From NCBI RefSeq assembly GCF_006345805.1, contig NC_043009.1:59644001-59708000 (forward strand): a stretch of 64,000 nt of DNA, given 5' to 3'. Origin of the DNA: Octopus sinensis. Lineage: Eukaryota. The notes beneath the pieces are model-generated. The model did not search any database, was not told where the DNA came from, and was given only the letters and a program-made list of their open reading frames with translations. Shown here one piece after another: positions 41,398 to 55,079 of the stretch (position 1 is the first letter of the stretch; the number at the start of each line of letters is the position of its first letter). The position numbers and the translations under genes were made by a program.

Positions 41398-44300
41398 CAA
41401 AATAGGACAAGAACGCAAAAACATCCAAATAGACGATGCAAAAAAACAATGTTTTGTTGTCCCCTTTTTGTATCACCTAATTGTCCGGATGTTTTGTATT
41501 TCATATATATATATATATATAGCGGACGCATAAAGGTGATATTTGCACATCTCTTAAACACACACCATACTCCCAAAAACTCTTCCTGATATATTTTCAC
41601 TTCTTAACCACACATATTCTACTCCCTTTCACAGACATGGAAGTTCTAGGCCCGTGTAAGTATTGAAACCGCACCACCTTCTTCCGTCTAGCATGTCGTG
41701 TAACGTCGTAGCCTCTTCTTTACATATATCAGTGTCTCAGTGGGTTGCCGTCTGTTTTGTTTTGTTTGGGTTTTTTTTGCTTTGTTTTGTTCTTGTTTCT
41801 TTTGTGGGGTATTTTATAGTTGTTGTTGTCGTCGTCGTCGTTGTTGTTTTGTTTATTTATATTTTTATTTTGTAACATTTAGCTTGATTTTATTTTGCTT
41901 GGGAATGAAATTATGATAATTGCCTTTAGCATTAGTACATGTGTATGTATGTATGTATGTATGTATGTATGGATACATAGGATATATGCATACATGAATG
42001 TATGTATATAAATATATGTATATATATAAATATATGTATATAAATATATGTATGTATATAAATATCTCTACGTATGTATTATATATGCGTGTTTATATAT
42101 ATGCATGTATATAAATAAATGTATGTATATAAATATGTATGTGTATGTAGTGTATATACATGTGTGTGTGTATATATATATGTGTGTGTGTATATTTACG
42201 CACATATGCTCATGTACATGCACACATGCCCAGTCAACTTTATATTATTTTATTATTTATTGTTTTAATATATATCTATGTTACCTCTGTATGTTTGATG
42301 AATGTGGCATTACATCATATTTGTATCCAAATATTTGCTAAAAAAAACCCACCCCACTTTATTCAAACCTCTATAGCCACCACCTTCTTTTGTTCAAACC
42401 CCTATAGCCACTACCCTACTTTATTCTAATCTCTGTAGCCACTACCCTATTTACTTCCATCCTGTGTAGTTACTACCCTATGTTATCCAAACCTTTGAAG
42501 CTACTACCCTATTTTGTCCAAATCTCTGTCCCTGCACTCAACAGAAGGAAAAATCAGCAGTGTCGCCGGTAAAGAATTTCTTCAAATGCAGTCGCTGTAT
42601 GCATGACTGCCACTTCTGTGTGGGCTTCTACAGCCACAGCCATTGCTGCACCACCATCAGTAGCTGAAACAATTTCATCAGGCACAGATCCATCCGATCG
42701 ATGCCTACTACCAAACTACGGATCTTTACCTTTTGACCTACAGATATAAAAAATAATTTTTGCAACTAAACACTTTCACACTTCGTATACTGGTAGAATG
42801 TGTCACATAAAACATCTTTTACTCTTAGCGTTTTAGAGAAAATTCTGTATTTTGGAAGTTATTTCGTGTTGAAGTTCTCGTATTTTGGTAATTTCAACCA
42901 ATCAATGACATGTATTCAGCTGAATAAAATTACTGCTGTTGTTTGTCAACAAGAACTTAAATTATTTCCTATACTCCCAGTGCATCAAGAAACTTGCCCT
43001 GTGTACTCATAGTAGCCTGGGCATGTTTCTGACAAGCATCAACCAATAACCTTCAATATATTTCCTATTTTAAAAGCAATAATTATATCAACATAACTGT
43101 TATAGAAAGACATATTTTCCTTCGTTTCATATTAGAATAATGTAAAAGAACTATATTACATTGTAGTTGTTGTCCCTTGTATTTAGCCCCAGGTCAGCAC
43201 TGATCATGCTGACTGATACTCAAAGGTCTTACAATCGTAACCAATCGGTCCTTTTCTTGAGATACAATGTACCTAAAATCACATAGCCTGATGTAGCTAC
43301 TTTTTCTCTCTTCAGACACTAGTATAGGATCTGTAGATTTGGCTGCTGTTTTTAGCAAGACATTCAAACTGAATACAGGTTTTGTGTATTATAGCATAAT
43401 AGCATGAAACTGTGAAGGAGAATCAATATAGTCACGTACAACGTATTATATGAGATCCTGGCATTTGTGTTTGTTTTTTTTTGCATGGCATGTAAATATC
43501 ATGTAGCTTCGTTTAATGTAGTGTGCTGTGTAATAAGATAATTTGGCTTCATGTGTTTCATTGTAATAACTGCTGAATCTAACCAAGCTCTATCATGCCT
43601 ACATGTTGATTTTGAAATATACTCTGAGTTGACTTTGTCTTTCAGTACCTCTTGGCTCAATGAAATAGATTCTAGTCAAGTACTTGTTGGAAGTGGAGGC
43701 GCAATGGCCCAGTGGTTTGGGCAGCGGACTTGCAGTCAGATGATCGTGGTTTCGATTCCCAGACCGGGCATTGTGTGTGTTTATTGAGCGAAAACACCTA
43801 AAAGCTCCACGAAGCTCCGGTAGTGGGTGGTGGCGACCCCCTGTTGTACTCTTTCGCCACAACTTTCTCTCACTCTCTCTTCCTGTTTCTTGAGTAACGC
43901 TGCGATGGACTGGCGTCCCGTCCAGCAGGGTGGGGAACACATGCCCCACAGAAACCGGGAAACCGGGCCCATAAGCCTGGCTAGGCTTGAAAAGGGTGAT
44001 AAGAATAAGAAAAGGCTTGTAGGAAAGGCATGTAGATCATTACATCTTCCTTAATCCATTGCCTCCAAACAGAGTAGCATGTCTAATCATCAGTTCATGG
44101 AAACGTTTCACTATACGTGTCATGTCAAGCATCTAAATTTACTAATTGCTATGGATGTGGTTGTTGCTGCTATTGTTGTTGCTGTTGTTGTTGTTTATAG
44201 TCTTGTCAGTTTTGGTTAAGTAGACCTACGATCAAATGCATTACGACCATGACCATCTCGCCTTATTTTCAGATACAGCACATATACATACATACATGCA

Positions 44301-47300
44301 TGCATACACATACATATAATAATACATACACACACACACACACATACACACACACATACATACATACATACATACATTTACACATACATACACACACACA
44401 TACATACATACATACATACATACGTACATACACACAAAATGCTTATGCATACACAAATACACACTAAATTATACCTTTTGTCTCTTTTAACTCACTTCTT
44501 TGTTAATCAGTGTTTGCTGCGATTGGTGTTTCACGTCCTACATTTGATTTCAGTTTTTGTCAAGGGCTCTGCACCATTTGTTTTATTTTCAACAATTTTG
44601 TGGTCATAATAAATTGAACAAATATAAATATAATGTAAAATAGAATTCAGAAAAGAAAAAAAAGTTCGTTGGACAGAGCGGTAGGGATGCTTCTCTCCCT
44701 TGATCGATTGGGAATTACCTCCCTTAGATGCATAAATAACAAGAAATAAACAAATGTGATTAATAATTCCGCAAACCTAACGGGATGCCAACCATAGGAG
44801 ACACACAAACACAAACACACACAAGCGCACATCCACATACGCACACACATGCATACATGCACACACACACACATTGAATGTGCCGAGAGCCAAAAAGCAA
44901 GGTTTTTCATTTTCTTTCGTTGTGTTGCAGGCGTTGTGTCAGTGATTGATGTTCTGGACTACGAGAAGATCAACCAGTACAACTTGACCGTCCGAGCTGC
45001 TGATGTACTCACTGGTGTATATACGGAAGCTTTCATTTCTATCAACATAATGGTATGGGTTTTGTTTTTTGCACACTACCCTTCTCTCTCATCCTCATCC
45101 TCCCCTTCTTCTTCATCATTGTCGTCTTCATTCTTATCACCACCATCATTTACCATCAGTAACAGCCATCATCTCCGTCAATGTACTGGCAAAATTTTCT
45201 CTGCACAAATTGTCTTTGACTTTTCTACTAGCTTTGCCATCATCATCATCATCATCATTACCATCATCATTTAGCGTCTGCTTTCCATGCTAGCATGGGT
45301 TGAACGATTTGACTGAGGGCTGCTGAACCAGATGGCTGCACCAGGCTCCAATCTGTTCTGGCAGAGTTTCTAGAGCTGGATGCCCTTCCTTATGCCAACC
45401 ACTCCGAGAGTGTAGTGGGTACTTTTACGTGCCACCGACACGGGGGCCGGTCAGGTGGTACTGGCAACTGCCATGCACAAATGGTATTTTTTACGTGCCG
45501 CCTGTACAGCGGAACTGGCAACGACCTCGCTCAAATGTTTTGTTCACGTGCCACCATCTCAAGTGCCAGTAAGGCGACGCTGGTAATGATCACGCTCAAA
45601 TGGTGCTTTTCACGTGCCACTGACACGGAAGCCAGACAGCTGCTCTGGCAATGATCCCGCTCAGATGGAGCTGTTAGCGCGCCACTGGCATGGGTGCCAG
45701 TCATCAAATCTGGTTCAATTTCAATTTCACGTGCCTTAACAGGTTTTTGCAAGTAGAGTTTAGTGTCCAATGAAGGAAATGTATGCATAAGTGGGCTTGG
45801 CATGGGTGCCAGTCATCGAATTTGGTTCGATTTTAATTTTCTCAAAGTTTCTCACATGGTGTAGTGAGCAGATGGGGAGAGTATATGCCAATAACATGTT
45901 TTATACCAGTTATAACTCCGTTTAGCCAGCCCTAATTTCATATATTTTTTTGTTCTATTTTGTTAGGATGTCAACGACTGTAACCCAGAATTTGTCAGTG
46001 AAGTGTACAGTGTTTCTGTATCAGAAGCCATTCTGATAGGGAGTTCCGTGGTTCAAGTCAAGGCCAAGGACGATGATAGTGGCATCAACAAGATGATATT
46101 TTATCGCCTTGCTCCAGCCGTTGGTGTAGAAGACGACACAAAATACTTCCAGATCAATCCAGGCTCTGGTGTCATTCACACAGTACTCCAGCTTGACCAT
46201 GAGATCAAACCTGTCTATAGAGTGTCCGCAGTGGCCACAGACAGTGGCAACCCAGCACGCAGTTCTTCGGTACTGGTCAACATCCGTGTACTGGACCTCA
46301 ACGACAATGCTCCTACTTTCCCACAGTATTACTATGATGTAACAATCTCTGACCAATCTTCAAGGAACCAGTTCGTGACTAAACTTCACGCCAATGACCC
46401 GGACAGTTCCAACGCTAATTTGCTCCACTATGCCATCGCTGGCGGCAATCACAGACAGACGTTTCAAATCGATGCTAAGTCGGGCATTCTACGCCTCTCT
46501 CCAAACCGGTCACCAAGGCTGGAATCCTTCTACGACCTCAGTATCTCTGTGATGGATGGCGTGTTCACGAGTTACACCCAGGTGAGAATCAACGTGAAGA
46601 ACAGCAACAACCACGCTCCATACTTCCCACAACAGTTCTACTCCTTCAAATTCCCTGAAAACTACCCGATTGAGGTTCTAATTGGGACCTTAACTGCAGT
46701 TGACCAAGATACTGGTTATTATGGTCAGCTCAGCTATTCCATTATTAGTCAGTCGGCCCAAAAGAATTTCAGAATCGATGCTGACACAGGTAAATACAAT
46801 TATTCTATCAATTAATTGATGACATTTTATGTGTGTGTATATGCGTGTATACTTGTGTTTGTGTGCTTGCAAGAGGTGGGCATGTTTTGGGAAGTTTTTG
46901 TGTTTTTCTGGCATTACAACTTGATAAACTATAAGAAATGTGGTATAAAGATATGATGTATATTACTGTACAGAGTAGTGCAGAGCTGTATAATCATGTA
47001 TGGCTAATATAGTATTATATGCTACAGGATATATATACATATATATATGTGTGTTTATATATATATATACATACACATACACACACACAAACACACACAC
47101 ATACATACATAAATATACCATAAATCCTTGAGTATGGTCTGCATTTTTTTCCCAAAATTTAAATTTTATTCAATTTATTCAATGGTTTTTCATAGCGTCC
47201 ATTGCCCATTAGTAGCCAACAACAATGTATCATAGCTCTTTGCTCCAACATTCGAGACTACAAGTGCTATAATGACAGTCTTTTACTGTTTGTTCTAATT

Positions 47301-47522
47301 TATAACATATATATTTATTTACATATAGATATATAAATTAGAAAAAACACCTTTTATCAATTCAAAATGAAAAATTAAATTACACCATCTAGAAAATTAC
47401 ATATAATAAAAAGATTAAATATACGATAAAAAAATATAACAATGATTTAGTATTTCTAAATTGAATTTTTCCCTGTAAGTTTGGAATAATATTCCCTCAT
47501 ATTGTTATTATTATTATTATTA

Positions 47523-47559
<37 letters not shown>

Positions 47560-50500
47560 TCACTGTATCGTATATTCGAAAAAGAAGCACACTCCAAAGA
47601 CTAGAGCAATAATGTATTCATATACAGTTAAGTATATGTCCAGTCATAGTGACCATTGGTCACTCTATGACTGGACATATACTTAACTGTATACAGATGT
47701 GTGTGTGTGTGGAGAGAGTGAGATGAGTGTGGTATGGTGTATGATGTTCACCAATTCTCATTTCCCTTTCCTTTCCTCTATCAAACAGGAGAATTATTTT
47801 CTTTGATCCAATTTGACCGTGAGAAAGAATCTAAATACATGATTCCTGTAGCTGCTGAAGACAGTGGTGGTAGAATGGGCTTTACCACCGTCTATGTACA
47901 TATTAGCGACCAAAATGATAATCTACCTCAGTTCTACATTCGTGACTACAAAGCTTCAGTTTATGCCAATTCTTCCATCGGAACCAGCATCGTCCAGGTG
48001 AGACGTTTCTCTCTTTTTCTCCACCTCCTTCTCTTGTTTCATTCAATTTTCTTATTTCGTATTCTTCTGACTTTATTTTTGCTTTTCTCATGTCATTAAA
48101 CCACACCTTTGCACCAAGCAAAGGTAAACTTTTATGAGAAGTTGACCACACAAGACATGGCTCATCACCAGGTGGGCTGCACTTCTAAAAAAAAAAATTC
48201 TAGGTAATTTTTTTGTTAGGTGAGCCATTCAGAAAGGCCTGCAACTGTAGTTTGCCCATGACATGTCCACATCATGTTAACTGTACAACAGAACTACACT
48301 ACAGCATTACTTTATGACTGGACAACAAGAATCTCCACCTGCCGAACACCTTTCCATTCTCTAATTTCTGTTCTGTTTTTTTCTCCAATTTCTGTATCCA
48401 GGTAAAAGCTCTTGATCCAGATGAAGGTAAAAATGGCGAGGTTGTCTACTCTTTATACCTAGAAGATGACAATGAGGTGATGCAGTTGTTTGCTATTGAC
48501 AACAGAACTGGGGTTTTAACTGTCAAGGGCAGCATACGAGAAAAAGGTAAGTTGTCAGCTTTTTTGTTTGTTTATAGTAAATACTCACATACACGCTTAC
48601 ATGTGTATGTGATTGTGTACATTTGTGTGTTCATGTATGTGTATATACACATACATACATATATATGTATGTATATATATGTATATGATCATCATCATCA
48701 TTGTTTAATGTCCGCTTTTCATGCTAGCATGGGTTGGACGGTTTGACTGAGGGCTGGCAAACTAGTAGGCTGCACCAGGCTGCAATCTGATCTGGCAAGG
48801 GTTCTACAACTGGATGTCCTTCCTAATGCCAACCACTCCGACAGTGTACTGGGCGCTCTTTACATGCCACCAGCATGGGAGCCAGTCAAGGGGCACTGGC
48901 ATTGACCACGTTCAGATGGTGCTTTTTATATTCCACTGGCATGAGGACCAGTCAGGGGGCAGTATTACATATGTCTGAATGTATATATAAGTGTGTGCGA
49001 AGACCTTTTGAGGCAAGTGAAAATCAAAACAAATCAAAATAGATGAACATCAATGGAATTTGTATCTTTGTGATACCAGTACGGTGGCACACAAGAAAAC
49101 CATCCGAACGTGGCCGTAGCCAGTACCGCATCGACTGGCCTCCGTGCTGTGGGCACATAACAAACACCATCCGATCGTGGCCGTTTCGCCAGCCTCATCT
49201 GGCACCTGTGTCGGTGGCACATAAAAACACCATCCGAAGACCCGGCAAGACTAGTCAGGCCATAACCCGTGGCCCCTACCTGGGACGTAGTCAGTCCACC
49301 TGTGCATACTTTCCTTCTTGTGACACTTGTGAAGACCTGTTGAGGCAAGTGAAAATCAATCAAAACAAATCAAAATAGATGAACATCAATGGAATTTGTA
49401 TCTTTGTGGTACCAGTGCCGGTGGCACACAAGAAAACCATCCGAACGTGGCCGTAGCCAGTACCGCATCGACTGGCCTCCGTGCTGCGGGCACGTAACAA
49501 ACACCATCCGATCGTGGCCGTTCGCCAGCCTCATCTGGCACCTGTGTCGGTGGCACATAAAAAAAACACCATCCGAGCGTGGCCGTTCGCCAGCCTCGTC
49601 TGGCACCTGTGTCGGTGGCACATAAAATCACCCACTACACTCTCGGAGTGGTTGGCGTTAGGAAGGGCATCCAGCTGTAGAAACACTGCCAGATCTGACT
49701 GGCCTGGTGCAGCCTTCGGGCTCCCCAGACCCCAGTTGAACCGTCCAACCCATGCTAGCATGGAAAACGGACGCTAATTGAATGATGATGATGATGATGA
49801 TATATACACACACACACACACATATATATTTATATATAATATAAATGAGTGAGTTTAGCAATGGAAACTAATGTTACACTGTAATACTCATTGAGAACCT
49901 ATGAGAGCTCAGCAAATTTAATTAGTATTAATTACTAATTAGTATTAATTACCTTAAGTGAACTTTATTATTCCTCTTTGATTTTGACTTATTTCGTTTT
50001 TCTGTCTGTTTTTTCCAGCAAACCAAGTCTACCAGTTTTTTGTGTCTGCCACAGACCAAGGGGCATTGAGCCTTGAGAATAACGTTCCAGTAGAAGTTGT
50101 TATCATGGGTGATAAGGACATCCCTCCACGCTTCCAGTCCAAGTCACATTCACCGCAGGTTTACCACATCAACGAGGTGGAGAACCTTTCCGATGCTGTG
50201 TGCGTAGTTGAAGCAGAGGGACCCGAAGTGATCGACTACAAGATGAACTCTGGTTACACGGAGAAAACCAACAATCCACCCACCTTTGCCATCACCAGCG
50301 AAGGCCGAGTGCGTCTCATTCGATCACTGGACCGTGAAAGATCCAAGGATTATATAATTACTGTGCAGGCCATGACAACAACAACTCCACTCTTAGTTGA
50401 CCAAACTGAAGTACAGATACATGTTGTTGATATCAACGACAATGCACCGCAGTTTGACTCAAAGCCATATAGCATTCGAGTGGCCGAGGATACAAAACCA

Positions 50501-51328
50501 GGTTCAGTCCTCATCCAAGTACATGCTGTAGACAAGGATGATGGCCTAAATGGTGAGATCATCTACAGATTCGCTGATGAAAACCCCGTGTGGGTCTCAC
50601 AATACTTCACCATCGACGCGGACACTGGTCAGCTGATGCTCGTGTCCAGATTGGATCGGGAGACACAAGACCGGTACAACCTAACGATAGTTGCCGAGGA
50701 CAAGGGCGAGAAACCGTTGTCCTCCCACAGCTACATCAAGGTGGAAGTTACCGACGTCAACGATGAACCACCCCGCTTCAAACAGAAGAAATACCTGGCC
50801 TCAGTTAACGAGGACGCAGCCCCTGGTACTGTGATTTTTGCTGTCAACGCTACCGACAGTGACATAGAAGACAACAGCCGTCTGACCTTCCACATCACCG
50901 CTGATGACCCGCTCGGACAGTTCCGTATCAGTAGCACTGGTGACATCATTGTCAATAAGATGCTGGACCGAGAAACGAAATCTCGTTATGTCCTGGTTGT
51001 TACGGTCACCGATGGCAAGTTTGTCTCCCATGTCAAGGTCAGAGTTGACATTCTCGATGCGAATGATAACGACCCCATATGTTCAAAGGTAATACTATAG
51101 GCTCTTACTCTCTTTGTTTCTCACTCTCTCTTCCCCCCCCTTCTTTCACTCTCTCCTTCCTCTCTCAACCTCCCCCTTTCTTTCTCTGATTTTCTTTTTA
51201 TCACTTTCTCTTACTTTCTCACTGTTTTTCTGTATAATTTTCTCTTGTTCTTGTCTCATCACTGTTATCGTCATCAATATCATAATCATCATCATAATCA
51301 TCATCATCATCATCATCATCATAATCAT

Positions 51329-51364
<36 letters not shown>

Positions 51365-51571
51365 GTTTATTATCAACTACGGTAACAGATCAATACCACT
51401 GCTACAACACCACCACCTTATAACACTACCTGTCACCACCACATTTCACAACCTCCACCACTTCATATCACCACCACCACCATCATCATTGTCATCAAAG
51501 GTGTTTTATTGTCAGCATCAACACCACTAACATCATCACTACCATCACTTTCTTTGCCACAACTACCATTG

Positions 51572-51604
<33 letters not shown>

Positions 51605-53398
51605 CTCAACATCAACACAAACAGCATTATATTTAACACCATACTATAACTATTACTACCACCAACGCCGACACCATCATCATCATCATTACCTCCACCA
51701 TCACTATTATCAAACTGATCACAATTACCTCCACCACCATCAGGACCACCGCCATCACTTCCACAATCATCATCATCACCATCACCATCATCTTGGGTTT
51801 TCTAATTCTGATCTATGTTTGTATCTTTCACACAGATGTTTGTAGCAATCTTTATCAAAGAAGACGACGCCCCATCCACATTCCTCAAATTGTTCCGGGC
51901 CCACGACAAAGATGAGAAAAACACCAGAAACTCCAGAATCCAATACCATCTGAGTGGCATGAACTCAGATATGTTTAGCATGGGTGTCCATACAGGTAGG
52001 TGAACATTCCACTCATATTCACAGACAAAGAATAAGCCCAGGGGTCGATTTGTTTGACTAAAGGCGGTGCTCCTGCATGGCCACAGTCAAATGACTAAAA
52101 CAAGTAAAAGAGTAATATCTCAAAGAACACAAAACTATAAATGACAGCATGTAAATATTAGGGTGGAGAACCTTTTGGGATAATATCTACATGTTATTAT
52201 TTATATCTTTATGAAGGCGGTGAGCTGGCAGAAGCGTTAGCACGCTGGGCGAAATACTTAACGGAATTTCATCTGCCGCTACGTTCCGAGTCCAAATTCT
52301 GCCGAGGTCGACTTTGCCTTTCATCCTTTCGGGGACGATTAAATAAGTACCAGTCATGCACTGGGGTCGATATAATCGACTTAATCTGTTTGTCTGTCCT
52401 TGTTTGTCCTTTCTGTGTTTAGCCCCTTGGGGGTAGTAAAGAAATAGGTATATCATCTGCCTTTACGTTCTGAGTTCAATTCCACCGAGGTCAACTCACA
52501 CACTCTCTCTTTCTTTTACAGGTGTACTGACCATCAGGAGTCCACTTGACCGAGAACAACAAGATGAATACCATCTTACAGTCCATGCAGTAGATGGTGG
52601 TGGCCGTTCTTGTACCACTGATGTTTTAATCAGTGTCCAAGACATCAACGATAATGCCCCACAATTTTCCATACCTCTCAGGAATGTCTCTATCCCTGAA
52701 GACGCCCAAATCAATACTTTGATAACGCGTCTAACAGCAACTGACCGAGATGCTGGTAAGTATGGCAATACTCTGCTCTGCTGATTCTTACTAATTCACT
52801 TCCAGATGTTTTCAAAACTCTCTCTATATATCTATCTATCTATCTATTGATCGTTTTTCTTTTCTTTTTTTAATTTTTTTTTTCCTTTCTATGATCCCTT
52901 TTGGTCAAAAACCTACCCCACCTTTTTTTCTTTTTTTCTTTTCTTTTTTTTTCCTTTCTATGATCCCTTTTGATCAAAAACCTACCCCACCTTTTTTTTT
53001 CTCTCTCCAAAAAGAAAAGCTCTACTTTGTAATTTGTCCCGTCTGTGTCCAGCCCTGTGTGACTAATAAAGAAACATATAAATGAAAAAAAAAAAACAAA
53101 AGGAAAAAGGGACCCACTTACTGAAATGTGTTTTCTTTTTGCATGACACTTTTGCCCAAGGTTCCCATGGTCTTTTCCGTAGGCTTTTCTATCCACGGAC
53201 AAACCTAATCTGTTTTCCCTTTTTACATTGACATTTCTGTAATACACGATCCCTATTGATTGTCCCCACTTTTTTTTTTTTACTATCATTTTTGATCGGA
53301 ATTCGACCCTTTCTTTTTCCTTCTCTTCTTCCCAAAAAGGAAAGCTTTACTTTGTATTTTGTCTCTTTTGTGTTCAGCACTGCATGGCCAATAAAGAA

Positions 53399-53430
<32 letters not shown>

Positions 53431-55048
53431 GTCTGTCTGTCTGTCTATCTATCTCCTCCTCCTCCCTGTTTATGTGTATGAGCATATTTGCATATTTTGG
53501 ATTATGTTTTTGCACAGAGGTAAAGTTTTCATGTCAGTTGGGTTCAATCAATATATTGTACTCTCTCTCTCTCTCCAAATTTCTGTATAAACATGCATGC
53601 AAGTGTGTATGTGTGTTTGCCTCCAGTGCCGAAAAGCACTATCGCTAATCCAGGTTCTTATTTCCAATCAACCAACTCCCAACAGCTGCATCACCCAATC
53701 ATCTCATACTTCTTGCCATTTTTGTTAATCTTTATCTCTTCTGTGTGGTTCAGCATCCTCAGATTATCTTTTCCCTCTTCTGCCCATGTCTTCTTCGGTT
53801 TTACTCTTTCACAGTTTTCTTCCTCTTCAGTATCCTAACTCCTCCTTACCCGTCTCTTATCCTTCCTCTGCACCGCATGTCTATACCAATGCACTCTTCA
53901 AATCATTGTTCCTCTTATACTTTATTTCTCTCTCAACTCATCTGTCCTACATCGTTTATGCATGCTAATATTACACTTCCAATAAATCGTTGCTTGTTTC
54001 TTTTCTCTCAGACCATCACCTGTCTTTTATTTAATTTATATTGTGTGTGTGTGTATACATTACTTGCCGTTCTCTGCTGTAGGTGTAAGTAAAGAAATCA
54101 AGTTCCGTCTGAAGAATCCTGAAGACGATTTTCTCAACATCGATGAGAAATCTGGGATTATCAGCCTTGCTAAGACTCTGGATCGAGAGGTGAAAGACTT
54201 CTACAGCGTTGCTGTTATAGCTTATGACAAGGTAGGTGTATTTGCCTGTCATCATCATCATTATCATTGTCAACATCATCCTCACCTTCATCATCATCAT
54301 CATCATCATCGTTTAACGTCCGTTTTCTATGCTAGCATGGATTGGACGGTTCGACCGGGGTCTGGGAAGCCAGGAGGCTGCACCAGGCTACAGTCTGATC
54401 TGGCAGTGTTTCTACAGCTGGATGCCCTTCCTGATGCCAACCACTCCATGAGTGTAGTGGGTGCTTTTTACATGACACCGGCACAGCGGCCAGGGGAGGC
54501 TGGCAAAACGTCAGAAAGTAATGCAGCTTTTAAAACTCTGACTTATCCTTAAGTAATGTACCACAAGCTGAAGGCACATGGCCTAGTGATTAGAGCAGCA
54601 GACTCATGGTCAAGGGATCATGAGTTCGAATCTCAGACCAGGCAATGTGTGTGTTTATGAGCAAAACACCTAAGCTCCACGCAGCTCCGGCAGAAGGTAA
54701 TGGCAAACTTTCACCACAAGTTTCTCTCACTCTTTCCTGCTGCATCTAGCAGCTCACCTGTGACAGACCAGTGTCCCATCCAGGTGGAGAACCTATACGC
54801 CAAGGAAACCAGGAAACTGGCGCTTATGAGCCAGGCATGGTTCAAGAAGGAACAAACAACAACAACAACAATGTACCACAACAGGGTGATATTTCCATTA
54901 TTTACATTATTTACATTTGACGGACATTTGTCCTCATCTTGTTTGTTGTTAACAGAACGTTTCGGCTGATATACCCTCCAGCCTTCATCAGGTGTCTTGG
55001 GGAAATTTCAGACCTGGGTTCTCATTCCTAAGGTATTTTTTGATGTTG

Positions 55049-55079
<31 letters not shown>

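Noticed and set aside
49176-49202. Minus-strand CAGATGA...GAAA resembling a fourth hammerhead
   Set aside because: The core is CAG rather than CUG, there is no proper stem II or NUH plus stem I, and it is part of an RTE UTR unit.
49060-49620. Repeat-spacer pattern resembling a CRISPR array
   Set aside because: The context is a eukaryotic intron, the 'spacers' are themselves homologous, and the units belong to the RTE 3' UTR found throughout the window.
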